From Spirogloea muscicola (lineage: Eukaryota), in NCBI GenBank assembly GCA_009602725.1, contig WELB01000019.1, positions 497,219-534,831 on the forward strand: a DNA stretch of 37,613 nucleotides, in the 5' to 3' direction. The notes beneath the pieces are model-generated. The model ran no database searches, was not told the DNA's origin, and saw only the letters and a program-made list of their open reading frames with translations. A program made the translations under genes and the position numbers. Shown piece by piece: positions 12,901-24,572 of the stretch. Position 1 is the stretch's first letter. The number at the start of each line of letters is the position of its first letter.

Positions 12901-14909
12901 CATACATTAATTATATGTCAGGAACAGGTGCCAATTTATACTGCTGACTGCCCATATGATAACACTCTGTGGCTGCTACTTGACCTAACAGGACCAACTA
13001 CTTGTACAACCTATTGTTCCTTGAAGGCAGCCACAGCTATACCAGGTGATAGATCCTTGCCATGTGGTATGGACTCCCGTCCTCACTCTCGCCCACCTCT
13101 GGATCTGCAGCGCTGCCTTGCGAGCACAAGCTTTGTGAGTCTTGTTACATCTGCGACTCTAAGAGATACGTCACTTCCAACATGTCAGCAGTTATCGACT
13201 CTTTGCGACCCTTGGCAAGGCAGACTCATGTTGCTGCAGTGAGATGTCCACCAGTCCACCAGTCGTCACTTCGACAGATTGATTATGCAGAGATTTACTC
13301 GCTATACAGTGTCTTATATTGTGTATATATAGCTCAGCATGAGGTTTTCAATCTGACTATGAATGATTGGATCATGGGTTAACCTGCTAAGAGCCACTCG
13401 TAGTTGACCATAAGGTCTTATATATACACCCTCCAGCTTCATGTGTATGTCGCTACTACTGATGTATTTTCCAGTCGTCACTTCGACAGATTGATTATGC
13501 AGAGATTTACTCGCTATACAGTGTCTTATATTGTGTATATATAGCTCAGCATGAGGTTTTCAATCTGACTATGAATGTTTGGATCATGGGTTAACCTGCT
13601 AAGAGCCACTCGTAGTTGACCATAAGGTCTTATATATACACCCTCCAGCTTCATGTGTATGTCGCTACTACTGATGTATTTTCCATCTCGAAGTACCAAC
13701 TCTCCCTGCAAGTGAAAGTGGGGCTTTAAGGGTTTGTGATACATGCTTTTCAAGCATCCAACACTCCATGCCAGTGCTTAAGTGCCAAGAAAGCAATGCC
13801 AACTAATGCCTGCAAGCATTTAGGCAGGTGTCAACAAGATGAAAGAAAGAAAGCTAGCAAAAGCTTGGGTCTACTATACCCTAAACATGTATTCCAACCG
13901 TAATCTGATGGAGAAGCTACTTACGTGCACATAGTGAACCTCTGGCTTGGTAGTCATTGCACTGCTGAGATGGAACACTATGCTGCCAGTGTCCTTGCGA
14001 AGCCCTCGCAAACGGACACTGTCATTGAATCTGCTTACGTGCCAACTCCCTGTTGCATAAATCACGGGCATGTATCTTAGCATTGGCAGAGGCTTGTGAA
14101 GGAAACAATTTGCTGTGTGTTAGCAGACTGGCCTTGCTACCTCCTGCAACTTCACTTCACTACAAGTTGCCGTCTGCTTCCGAACACGCTGGCAGAAAGA
14201 AGGAAGAACAACTGTCTCCTTTGAAGCGGCAAACCCTGGCGTCCTCAGACAACCAAGCGACTGCACCACTTAGGCACATTGAGCAGCATACCTCTGTACG
14301 TGCCAGAGACATTGGCAGGGAAGCGTGCTGCCAATGCCAACCCGTCTGCGTGGTCGGACGTCGGTCCGGATATTAATGCCTGCTTCGACAAACGCATTAG
14401 CACGATATAAGGTATAGCCCTAATTCTTGAGTGCCGACTCCCGGCAAAATTGATCAGGAGCTGGAGGCTAGGAGCAGCTAATGGGCTGTTAGCGAAGCTC
14501 CAAAGAGTGCTCTGCAGCAATCAACGTCCCTACTGTAGTCCCCGGCACTGGGTCGAGCCAACCAGCGGAAGCATGTGCGAGTATCGGCCGCTGCCCTGCC
14601 AGCACTGCTGGATACAGCTGAGACGGGGCCATCCACTGGCCCATAGCATCTGGGACAGCGGCGACGGGCCTACACCTGCGCTACTTGCTGGCTCAAGCCG
14701 GACTCGGCAAGCTGAGGGCTTTGGTGGATGCTGACTTCGTCGGCCCACGGCGGCTGCTGCGGCTCCTCGAGAGGCGCGCCGGGCCGCTTCAGCGGCCGCG
14801 CGAGTGCGCCCGAGAGGGCCAGCGAGAGCAGCAGCGCCAAGCGGAGGCCGCCACCGCCGCTGCCGCCCCCGCAGCGCCGGGGCGAGCGGCGAGGCCAGCC
14901 AGAGCGCAT
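9969..14909 (-). CDS. FLY1: Transmembrane RING-H2 E3 ubiquitin ligase, FLY1/FLY2 (Tul1/Dsc1) family, 14 exons
   Basis: Exons 14909-14736, 14379-14292, 14049-13925, 13705-13596, 13112-13061 (donor uncertain), 12751-12694, 12412-12326, 12165-12014, 11873-11814, 11652-11559, 11266-11099, 10885-10557, 10373-10245, 10070-9969, all phase-consistent. Signal-peptide-like LRLALLLSLALSGALA, then YNKAVNYTLMVTF, ESLFNAFATAAFFKF, FWIPQIV and the RING-H2 DCVICM...TPCDHFFHTGCLQRWMDIKMECPTCRRPLPPM. Confidence 0.93.
11874..12013 (-). other. Probable U12-type GT-AG intron in the E3 ligase gene
   Basis: Donor GTATCCTCT, branch-like CCTTAAT (11894-11888) ~15 nt before the acceptor AG, and no polypyrimidine tract. 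Confidence 0.6.
13259..13685. repeat. Near-perfect 212-bp tandem duplication covering most of E3 ligase exon 4 and its donor
   Basis: 13259-13470 matches 13471-13682 with one mismatch (gaatgattgg vs gaatgtttgg). CCA microhomology at 13259, 13471 and 13683. Confidence 0.97.
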
Positions 14910-15369
14910 GCTCGCTGCAGGTCAACGGAGCATAGCGACGCGCCTCGGGTGTCGCCGGCGGCTCCGGCGCTGCCGCAAGGCCCGCCGCAGGTCGCGGCGT
15001 GGTTTGCGGCGCGCTGGGCGGCCAAGGCCGGGCCCCGGGAGAGAGAGGGAAGTTGGCACGCGGCGGGTGCCGGCTGGCTGACGCCACCGCCGTGGGGGGG
15101 GTCAGGCGGCCGGCCTAACGGCGGCTCGCTTGACGGCGGCTTAGCTGTCGGCAGGCGCGCCGCTGACGGCGGGCGAGCTGCCCTGGGCCAGATCACAGCG
15201 CAGTTGCAGGCTGTAGGCCGCCGCCGCCGCAAGGCTTCCGGCGCTGCAGCGGCCGCCTGCGCCGTCGGCTCCCAGCGGCGACGGGCGCCAGGCTTCCCCA
15301 CGCCCCTACCGCTCCGAGGCCAGCGAGTCTGTTGCAGCTCCCGTGGAGCAACCTTCTGCTCGCGGTTGC

Positions 15370-16049
15370 ATGGAGTCCATGGAGCGGGAGGCGGAGCGGG
15401 GGCGTGCCGTCGGCGAGCTGCACAGCCACGATCTAGCTCCTCGGCACAGCTTCGGGGACTACTTTGACATGGTGCTGGTGAAGGAGACATCGCGGAGGCA
15501 GCCGCAGCGGCCGACAGTGGACGGCTTCCGTGCATGTCAGGGTGGGCGGGCTGCCGCGAGCCAACTGCGTGCGAGGAGGAGAGGGCGCAGCGCCCAGCCT
15601 GCCGAGTGGCCCTCTGATGAGGAGCTGCGGGCGATGAGTTCGCCAATGTCCACGAGCGATGAAGTTCGTGAGCACCGGAAACACGTTCCCGCGATCTTGC
15701 ATATCGACTTAGTGGTCGTGCATAGAGACTTCGACTTGAAGGCGTGATATCTATCATCCATTTTCTAATGAGCTACATATACTGAGACCTCCATTACTTC
15801 AAACACTCAGCAGCCACAGGTCACGGCTTCAGTCGTTGTGGGCCAATGGGGAAACCTATCCGTCCTCTTGAATCTTGTAGACTGGAGCGCTTTTTTGCAG
15901 AACTGCACAACGGCAAAGATACTGCGGCCTTAGATGCGTTCGACAAGTACATGGAGCCATCTCCGTGGACGTATGCTCATCACGAACATCCTCCTGAGGG
16001 CCCCCCCAAGAGCTTGTTTGAAGACGTGTTGGAGGCCACATCGAGCTGA
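15370..16049 (+). CDS. Hypothetical protein, probably spliced; structure unresolved
   Basis: Protein-like segments MESMEREAERG...HIDLVVVHRDFDLK (15370-15747) and RLERFFAELHNGKD...LFEDVLEATSS (to 16049), divergent from the E3 ligase. No family recognised and no in-phase splice established. Confidence 0.3.
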
Positions 16050-17566
16050 GAGGACATCATCAACAGATACTGGCATAATACAGAAGGATTGCTGGGCACA
16101 ACTGACTTGGATCACATGCCCTCAGCAGGGTGTGAGCATTGAAGTCTGATAAATTGGCAAGAGATCAAGATGCTAACGTAGGTACATGCTCTATGCATCT
16201 TGCAGCTATGTTATTCTTAGGCGGCTGCGACCGTTGACCACCACAGCTTGTCAAGTGAAGGAACAGCAGTGTATATATGAACAATAAAGGCCAGCTATAC
16301 TGGGGTGGCTCTCAACCGAAAATCCGCCAGATTTCTTTTCAGAGATCAGCAATGACGGTCCGTTCTGGGTTGTCAGTAGAGCATAGCTTATGACGAACAT
16401 TAATGATACAGCCAATCCTTATTGGGACAACTGCACTCCAACCTGGAACTTCCATGCTACCAGGTTAAATGGCCCCCTTGCCACCCCCGCCACCAACCTC
16501 CTTGCAGCCTCCCATCGACCCTGGACGGAACAACCAGATTGCTCCCCTTCAATTCCTGCTACTATGACTTATATGTAGCATTACAGAATGAGCAGAATCG
16601 ACTTTGTGACTCCATTCAATATCCTGGGCTCCTACTCTGTTAAGGTAAAGGTTGCCTCCTTTGTGGGACAACTTGGCCGCCCCTCTGGCGCATGCAAATA
16701 TTAGCATGCATTACCGTTATTGATGTGCTGATAGACATCCTCGGTAGGCAAGGCAGCAGCTCTGTAGGTGAATCAGGGATTGCATGGCCAGCCCAAATGA
16801 ACTGCTTGTGCTTGAGAATTGAGATGCTGCCAGCAATAGAGGCGTCATAGACAATAGAGGTCCTCAAGCCATCTGTTACATCATAGCTGTCAGGCATTCC
16901 TCACAAACAAATTTCAATGGAAGAGGGTGTCTGCAAACTCGTCACTCAATGTTCAGCTGTTGACTTAAGGATTTTAGTAGAACCAGGCCTGTTAATTATC
17001 TTCGCCTTCACGAGTAGCTCTACTAGGGCCTGTTCTAATACAGCACCTGGACAATGGCTGCAAAGGGCTGGTTTACGATGGCCCTTGTCCATCGTTCTAG
17101 ACCTGCATTTGTGTGGCAAGGGCTTGACATACGATGTCTCCACCACAGGCGGCTGGTACATGACCATTGCATTGAGCTTCTTCAAGAAATGCTGCTTCCA
17201 TACGTAAGCTTTGTGCACCGCATGCAAGTGAGATGCTAGATACCGCCTCACAGACACTTCCGAGTCTGCATCACCTGAACTCGAGGTACCAACGGTGACT
17301 GCCATGTTACAAGAGTGAATGGACAGGGAGGCACAACTACATCACATCTGGGGATTTCAGATTGGTGAAGTGAACATGGAAGCAGTGTTAACAAGCTACT
17401 AATGAGCTGAGGGCACCATGAAATACATGTACAAACTCCACTTGCGACAGCCCAGTGAGAGTCTGTCAGCAGTAGCGTTGCTGCTGCTATGTGTTGACAT
17501 GGCCAAGTGGCTGCTGGCTGACAGACCTTCACAAGGCTATTTCCACAAACACAAGCAGAGCAAGGG

Positions 17567-20500
17567 TCACCTGCTATTAGGCACAGCTAGCCCTCTCCTG
17601 CTGGGACCTGGTGGACGCAGGTTGCCAGGCCGACTGCCGCTGCTAGCGTGCTTGAAGGCCAGAATCTTGTCCACGAAGCTACTCATGGTCCTGTGAGCCA
17701 CCTGTCTGTAACTTTGTACATGTGCAATGTCACATGCAAAGTTTGCACCCTTGCTCTTGCCCTGGTCCTCAATCTGAGCCACATTGTCACCTGCATCAAA
17801 AGTATGTGCTCAGCTTCACTCGTGTTATTAAAGGCATTGGTACACCTTACTGTACATCTTGACTGTGAGCAAATTATGTAGATTGACAGGAAGTATGGCC
17901 TCGACTTTCTGCTCATCCTCTGGCATACAGCTGGCCAGCAACATGGTCATCATTGGAAGTGGCAAATGTCAGGAATGGAATGTCAGGGAATCTCATGGAC
18001 CACTGCAAGTCTCATGATCAAGTAGAGCTATGACATCACGTATGCAGCATCACCGGTGCTTGTGGTCAACTTACTGGCTGAAGGAGGAATCACTTTATCA
18101 GAGAGATTCCCTTTAATCCCAACAGATGGCGTGTATGCATGCTGCAACAGCACACATTGTAGCAGTACGCTGAGCACACAGGCAAGAATGTGCCATTTAG
18201 CCCATTAGTCTGCCAAATTACGCATCTTCGATTAGGACAGCGAGTGGTGATGACCTGTTTGAGACAGATCTCGTCTACCTCAAGTCCATTGCTGCTTTCG
18301 CCCGACTGGGTTGGTTCCTCATCCAACACAAAAGTCCGATCAGCCTGCACTTGATCAACTCGCTCAAAGTCGCCAGCAGCCAAGGTGGTCGGTACTTGAG
18401 CACTGTCCCTCTTGTGGCAAGCTGTAGCGGTTGTTGGTCTCTTTGGCCGGGGAAGGGTTGTTTCAGGCATTGGAGCTGCTACTCGTTTATTCAAGAGAGA
18501 TGAAGACAGGGGATAGTCCTTGTAATGTACTGTGTTCTGTCTTTCAACTGGCTCATTGGCTGCGCAGAAGAATTCGAGGTCCTCCAGCGTGTGAGCTGTA
18601 CAGACAAGAAACACAATTGTCAAATTATGAGGGTGGTGAAGAATGAGGACAATGACCTTTATCAGCGCGTCAATGTGTGCAAGACGCATGCACCGTGACT
18701 TCGTCATCAATTCTCGTCGAAATCATGTTCTCAAGAATCTGTCCACTCGCTGACAATCATAAGGAAAGTGGTACCTATGTTGAAGTCCTCTCCTTTGTGA
18801 CCCCTGTCAAGGCAAGGAGCAATCTCGTCCTGCAATTCACAGGGACATTGAGCTATGAGTGACTACCTCATTGCTTGGGTGGGCTGAGTCAATGATGAGA
18901 GTCTTGTGTGTGCTCGCTCCCTAGCAGGTTGTCCCTCACCTCACAATCTTGACTGTCGGTAGGAGGTGTCTCGTCAATGGGCGAGGCATCGAGGAGCTCA
19001 GAGGGATCTTCCATTGTGGGACTTCTCCACAAGAATGCATCGAAATCTTCTAGTGGTGATTGAGGATGTCTTGTAGATGCGGAATGAAGTTTGCCAGTCT
19101 TGATAACAGGAGACTTGACAATTGATGGAGAGTCTGTATCCAGCGAAGTGAATGCATTGAGGTTCTGCAGCGAAGACACCGTTTCTCTTGTCTCTGCGAC
19201 ACTGGTCCTTGGAGGACGGAATATCTCCTTTGCTGCTCTGGAGACAGACACTGCACAAAGAAATGCACCAGACACATGAGAGCAATCAACATGTGGGGGA
19301 CACACACAAGGTGCAGCTTCATACGTGTGGGACAATCCCCCTCAAACAACCCAGGCTATGCAACAAGTTCATGGGGATTCCCTCACTGGACCCTCACCAA
19401 AGTACTTGGATAGCTTGCTCTTCTGTACAGGAAGGGATAGCAGCGTGCGCTTGGATGTCTGTGCAGGATTGCTTCTGCCAGATTCTGTTGGGTGTCCTTT
19501 AGGAAACACAACCTCCTGCAAAGATAAGCTTCCGTTACATCTTCTGTGGGTCAATGCGTTCAGAGACCTACAGTTGTCTAATCTGGAGCCGCAGGACAAG
19601 GCCGTGTAGCCGTGGTAGCAAGTGGTCTGCAAAGGAGAAGATATGCTGCAATGGCTTGGCACTTCCATCACTTGAACGCTGACCTGGATTGGCGCGTGTG
19701 TTATGGGGTTGACATCCGCTTCGGCTATGGCTTTTGCTAACTCCGGTTGTAAGGGCGTATGGGAAGCTAGGGTCAAGGACAACACTTTGAGGTACTCTTA
19801 CAAAACCCCTTGCAATACCTCATGAGATTCAGTTGACCAGTGAGTTGCAACATGCGAATCAATAAGACAATCAATTTCTGCAGATAGGTCAGACAGCTTG
19901 TTCAAAAGACACGGTGAGAAGGATATGACCCAGTGCCACTGAGGTCTGCGCTTGACAGCTGATCGACTGGGTGCAGGTGTACTGCAGCTTGAGATCGTGG
20001 GTCATAGACCCGCTGATGTCTGAAAGTCACTATTGCCCTTACAAAGTTGGCTTCGTAGTCATCTGGAACAGTCACGCCATTGAACCGAAGGCTCCTAATA
20101 ACCTGGCAATGTGAAGTCAAGATCAAAGGTGGCATCGGATGAATGACGCACTTGATCAGAGAGATGGGTTGATGGATGATGAAATAGGACAGGCCAATGA
20201 CTCCATAGTCCTGGTATGTCAATGGCTTCAGAAGCTGACAAGGCCGTCGCAGCTGTAAGACTATTGTCTCTTGGACAGCGACTGCAATTCAGAGGTGACG
20301 CGCAAGGCCCCTTAGAGGCAGCCTGGCCAAGCATAGCTGCTTCTTGGAAACGCCTCTAGCACAAGGCATGGCAGGTGCACCTTGTCGTAGCTCTTGAATC
20401 TGCGCATCAAGCCATGGGCTCGCTTCACTCCCATGCCCTGTAGTGAAGACAGGTAATCACACCCACTCAAGATACATGTCTCTAAGAACATCTGGTGTGT

Positions 20501-21798
20501 GAAATTGGTGAAGTTGAGCTCTGACGCTCTGACAATCTGAGAGTACTGGATCTCCAGGCCTTGCCCAGTCTTGTCCATCTTGAAGAGCACCTGCAGAGTG
20601 CCAAATGTGGTGATCAGTGTCCTCTCTGCATACTTAGAAGTGCTCCTCTGATGGCGAGGCAAGAAGATGTCACGCATGGCACTTGGCACCAGGTGGGCCT
20701 TACAGATTGAGGCATTCAACAACCTGGATGCAAACACATGCATAGCTGAGCAAGAATGAGCAAGAATGCAAGTCCAGTTATTCACCAACAGAATGAGATG
20801 GCACCTTAGGACACCCGTAAGCTAAAAGATCCGAGTCCTCGGTGATGACAACTTCCACCAGGCCTTGGAGGGCTAGGTAAGCCAACTGAGCATCTGCTTC
20901 ATACGGAGCCACGATGAACTTGATTCCCCGCTGCTTGAGCACCTGCAGGACAAAAATGTTGTGCATCACTTCCCAATGAGCATCTATGAAAAATGTGACA
21001 TTACTGGGCCGCTGCCTTCAGCAGCTAGTGTAAGGGTAGCGCAAAGTCTGGAAGAGTAGAACTCTTGCTTGGTGGCAAGCATCACACACCTTGATGAGGT
21101 TGTGAGCAATGTCAGGTGTTATGTCAACAGCCTTTTGGTAGCACACGAAAGCAGCGGCCGTGTTCCCCGCAAGCTCGTGGTCTCGCGCCCTGTCCAGGTG
21201 TTCTTTTCGAGACCTGCCTCTCAGGATAAAGGACGGCGATCAGCATACACGGACAACACAAAATTCAAATGCTGCTGGCTGTGTCAAGTCACCTCTGCCA
21301 CCCACAACTTGTGACTGACAGAGGGTGACAGCTTCTTGGCAGCAAGCCCTGTCGCACGTACTTCTGGCGCCGCGCCTCCTGCTCCGCCTTGGCGGGCAGG
21401 AGCCCGCCATCAAAGACCATGACGGGCGTCACACCGCTGTGGAGGAGGAGGTCCACCCTCTGCATGCAGTAATCCACGTACCTGACGAGGATCCCAAACA
21501 GTAGGCCACTGTCAGGCTCGCCCCAAGTCAGTCGGCTTTCAGTTAGAGGGCTTGGTAAAGCGTGTTAATGTCAGCCTCGGTGCACGTCAGGAGCCCTCCG
21601 CTGACAGCTGTGGGGTGCAGTGCTGCCATAGCAGGACCTGTCAGTGGGCTGGCCCTTGCAGAGCGCGTCGCTGCAGCCAAAGGCGCCCTTGTGCAGCCAC
21701 GAGTAGGTGTCCACGGCGGCCTTCTTGCCGGCGTACTCGCGGACGTGCGTCGGCGTGGAGATGGACTTGAAGATTGGGAGGAGCCCCGAGATGCCCAT
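17567..21798 (-). CDS. EXO1: Exonuclease 1 (XPG/Rad2 family), multi-exon
   Basis: [12 protein letters not shown] start. Exons 21798-21638, 21481-21362, 21213-21090, 20942-20805, 20590-20381, 20102-19927, 19756-19684, 19626-19398, 19250-18940. Motifs [60 protein letters not shown] and a plant-EXO1-like C-terminal block ([38 protein letters not shown]). Exons below 18940 and the true stop are uncertain; the gene may extend to ~16946. Confidence 0.92.
19757..19926 (-). other. U12-type (minor spliceosome) AT-AC intron in EXO1
   Basis: 5' site ATATCCTT, branch point TCCTTGAC (19779-19772), 3' site ..catAC. Removal restores the frame: GGG TC|G CCC TTA CAA CCG GAG ([14 protein letters not shown]). 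Confidence 0.93.
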
Positions 21799-22300
21799 CC
21801 CGGAGGCCTCACCGGCCGTCACCGAGGCGGCGAGGGCGACGGCGTCGCCGGCGGCTCCTCACGCCAGCCGCCTGAGTGGCTCTGGGGGCCGCGCCGCCGA
21901 TGCCGCATCCGCAGCAGGAGCAAGTCCGGCGGCTACTGAAGGCTGCACATCGGATGCCTCCGTGCCGCTAGGCCACGGCGCCGTCTGCCACGGCCAGGGC
22001 GCAGGTCCAGAGAGCCGGCGGACGACGGCACTGTCTCGCCAACGCCGCGCACGAGCTCATGCGGGGCATTCGCCCCGGCATTGCCGCCGGCGGCAGCATG
22101 CCGGGGGGGAGTGCCGTCGCTTGCCCAAGCCGCCGCTGCGGCAGCGCCCGCGGCGGCCCCGCGCCACCTCGCCGCGGTGAGAGCAAGCCCCGGTGCGCCC
22201 GCTTNCCGACCACAGCCAGCCTCGACCGGATGTGACCACCGGGAATCGCAGCCAGCAAGCGATGCTGCGGACCAGAGGAGCGGCTCAGCGGGACCCTCAC

Positions 22301-22507
22301 CTTGGCATCGGTCACACCGTAAGGTTGGAACGCATCCTCCAGGGCACGGTCGTCGGTGGCCCAGGCGAGCCCTCCGACAAAGCACCGAAACTCGCCGTCG
22401 CCACCGCGACCGCCGCCTCCGCTGCCTCCGCCGCCTCCCCCACCGTCGTTGCCGCTGCCGTAATAGCCGCCGCCACCACCACCGGCGCCGCCTTCGTCAC
22501 TGGCATA

Positions 22508-22543
<36 letters not shown>

Positions 22544-22574
22544 GTCGCCGCCGCCTCTGCCGCCGTCGCCGTCG
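22301..22574 (-). pseudogene. Glycine-rich RNA-binding protein (GRP7/8-like) fragment: Gly tract followed by the first part of an RRM; next exon not found
   Basis: Gly/Tyr-rich run then [31 protein letters not shown]|gtgagg, with the donor at the usual plant GRP intron position. No RNP1 (RGFGF) exon is visible before EXO1. May be an intact gene broken at the single N (22205). Confidence 0.6.
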
Positions 22575-22847
22575 CTGCCAGATTGGCATTGGCGCGAATT
22601 TGACGACCTCTCGGGCTCCCGGGTGTAAAGCCAGAGCAGACGGGCCGGAGGGCGAGAGCACGCCAAAGAACCCCCGCGAGACGGGGGTTTGGCGCTGGCC
22701 GCCGGCCTGGCGGTGGCCGCCGGGTCAGGCGCTCGCGGGCGTCGAGACGGAGCAGACAGGCCGAAAGGCGAGCACGCCGCCTGAGAGCCCCCCACTAGAC
22801 GGCGCGTAGGCGCCGGCTGCCGGGCAGGCGCTGCGCCCGCGCTGGCC

Positions 22848-23546
22848 ATGGCGTCCATGGTGGACTTCCGCGGCCTGGACGAGGGCCTCGGCGGCCAGGG
22901 AAAGCGCAAGCGCGCGAGGGAGGCGCGCGAGGATGATGGCGAGGCCGCAGAGCCAGCGGCCGCGCCGCCAGAGGCCAAGCGGCAGGCCGTGGCCATGGAC
23001 GAGGACGCCCGCACCCCCTCCTACAGCGGCCCCAAGTACGACGGCGTGATCGCCGGCAAGGTGTCCGGCAGGAAGCACAAGACGCCGCGCCTCCGACGGT
23101 CGTCGGCCATCAAGACGTCGCTGGTGCGCGCGCGCGCTACGTCGCTTGAGGACAAGCGCCGTGAGAAGGAGCTCAAGAAGGCGTACCGTGAGCGCCTCGC
23201 CGAGTTCAAGGTCACTCCTTCGCCTCCCTGGCCTTGCCGCGCTGCCGTGGTGCTAAAAGCTGGCCTTCTTTCGGACGTACGCTCCTGGTGTTGCACAGGG
23301 ACAGTCTTGATGCAGTTTGGGCCACAACCCATGTGCTGACTTGCTCATGTCGACTCCTTCGAACTCCTGCTGCAGGAGGACGTGCGACAGCAAAAGGTCG
23401 CCAAGCGCGAAGCAGTGAAGGAGAAGCGTCGTATCAAGGCGGAAAACCAGGCCAAGAGCCAAGTTGTGCAGAAGGTCACAAATCCCAAGACAATCAAGAA
23501 GATGTCCAAAAAGGAGCGCAAGAAGCTGAAGCCTGCAGCAGGATAA
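22848..23546 (+). CDS. Cgr1/CCDC86 family coiled-coil ribosome-biogenesis protein, 2 exons, 177 aa
   Basis: Exons 22848-23210 and 23376-23546 (phase 0, GT-AG). Motifs GKVSGRKHK, a K/E/R-rich coiled coil and [22 protein letters not shown]. Confidence 0.85.
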
Positions 23547-24114
23547 CGCCGTGGATTGCAGGGCTTCTTGCTTCTTGCCTCGTGCAGGGCTTCTTGCCCT
23601 CCGCCTATCACGTGCTTCTACTTTCTCCCCTCCCTTCCTGCTGTACCCTTTCTTTGCTGCTTGGCATACCACTGCATACAGTTGGTACAGTGAAAGCAAA
23701 TGCCTTGCCAAAGGCGACCCCAACAGTATGCACCAAATTACTTCAGAGCAGGCGGCTGTGGCGGTCTTGGGCAGGCCCGTGCTGTGGTGCCGCTTCTCTC
23801 GACTCTTGACATTGTCAATCGAAGCCTAGTCAAGGTTGAGCTCCTCTTTCCATTGAAGATGATTGATAAGCAAGGTGTCTTGGCCCAAAGGCAGCCCGTG
23901 GAGGCAGAGGACACAGACAGCTGGGGAGATGCGAATGCTGTAGGAATCGTGCAATTGGGATCTAGCTACATGTGCACGAGACAGGACTTGTGGCTCAGGG
24001 ACGCCCTCTTGTACATCTCTTGCCTGCCTGCAGCTTTTGGCCCTGCTTCTATCCATCACTCAATAAATACATCACACACTCCACACTTCTCTCCCACTCT
24101 CTCTAAGAAGACCG

Positions 24115-24466
24115 CGTATATAGGAAGAGATGTAGGCCAAATGGCCAGGTACGACGGCAAGCACATCTAAAGATCTACATAATTTACAGCAGATTGACCC
24201 GCTCAATAACCACGGGTCAAGACATAAAGGTCACTACTCGATGCATGAATACTAGATGCCAGGAACGGAGCCCTTCGGCCACCTACTAGAGCTCGCCCAG
24301 CTTTCTGGTGCAAGGCACTAGCCTGAGCACGCTGCAAACAGGCCGAATTTCGTCGTCGCAAGAGCGACAGATATGAAGCTGGCAAGCCCATGTCAGCCGG
24401 AAACACATCTGCACGTCGACTGTAGCCTAGATTGGCAATGTTTTGAAGCAGAGTGTGGAAGCGAAA
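24115..24466 (-). mobile_element. 3' end of CRE-like (RLE-type) non-LTR retrotransposon, copy 1
   Basis: FRFHTLLQNIANLG...LSLLRRRNSACLQRAQASALHQKAG...SDLYVLTRGY* plus ~90 nt of 3' UTR, shared with the copies at 32879 and 35594. Confidence 0.7.
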
Positions 24467-24470
24467 GAAG

Positions 24471-24572
24471 GTGCTCGCCCATTGAGAAGAGGGGCTGGCA
24501 AAGCCAACCCAAAAAGAATGGACAATGTTCAAAGCCAAAGAAAGAGGTGCTGAAAGAGGACTACACTACAAA
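24471..24572 (-). repeat. Module B joined to the 5' side of retroelement tail copy 1
   Basis: gtgctcgcccattgagaagaggggctggcaaagccaacccaaaaagaatggac..aaagccaaagaaag..aggtgc..ggactacactac closely matches 36951-37110. Confidence 0.85.

Noticed and set aside
16946..17305. 119-aa minus-strand ORF downstream of EXO1 as a separate gene
   Set aside because: No recognisable motif. It could be a further EXO1 exon or UTR and cannot be supported alone.
21799..22300. Splicing of the GRP-like exon into EXO1 to give an RRM-EXO1 fusion
   Set aside because: An in-frame TGA lies upstream of the EXO1 ATG, and the AGs just after it are in the wrong phase for the phase-0 donor.
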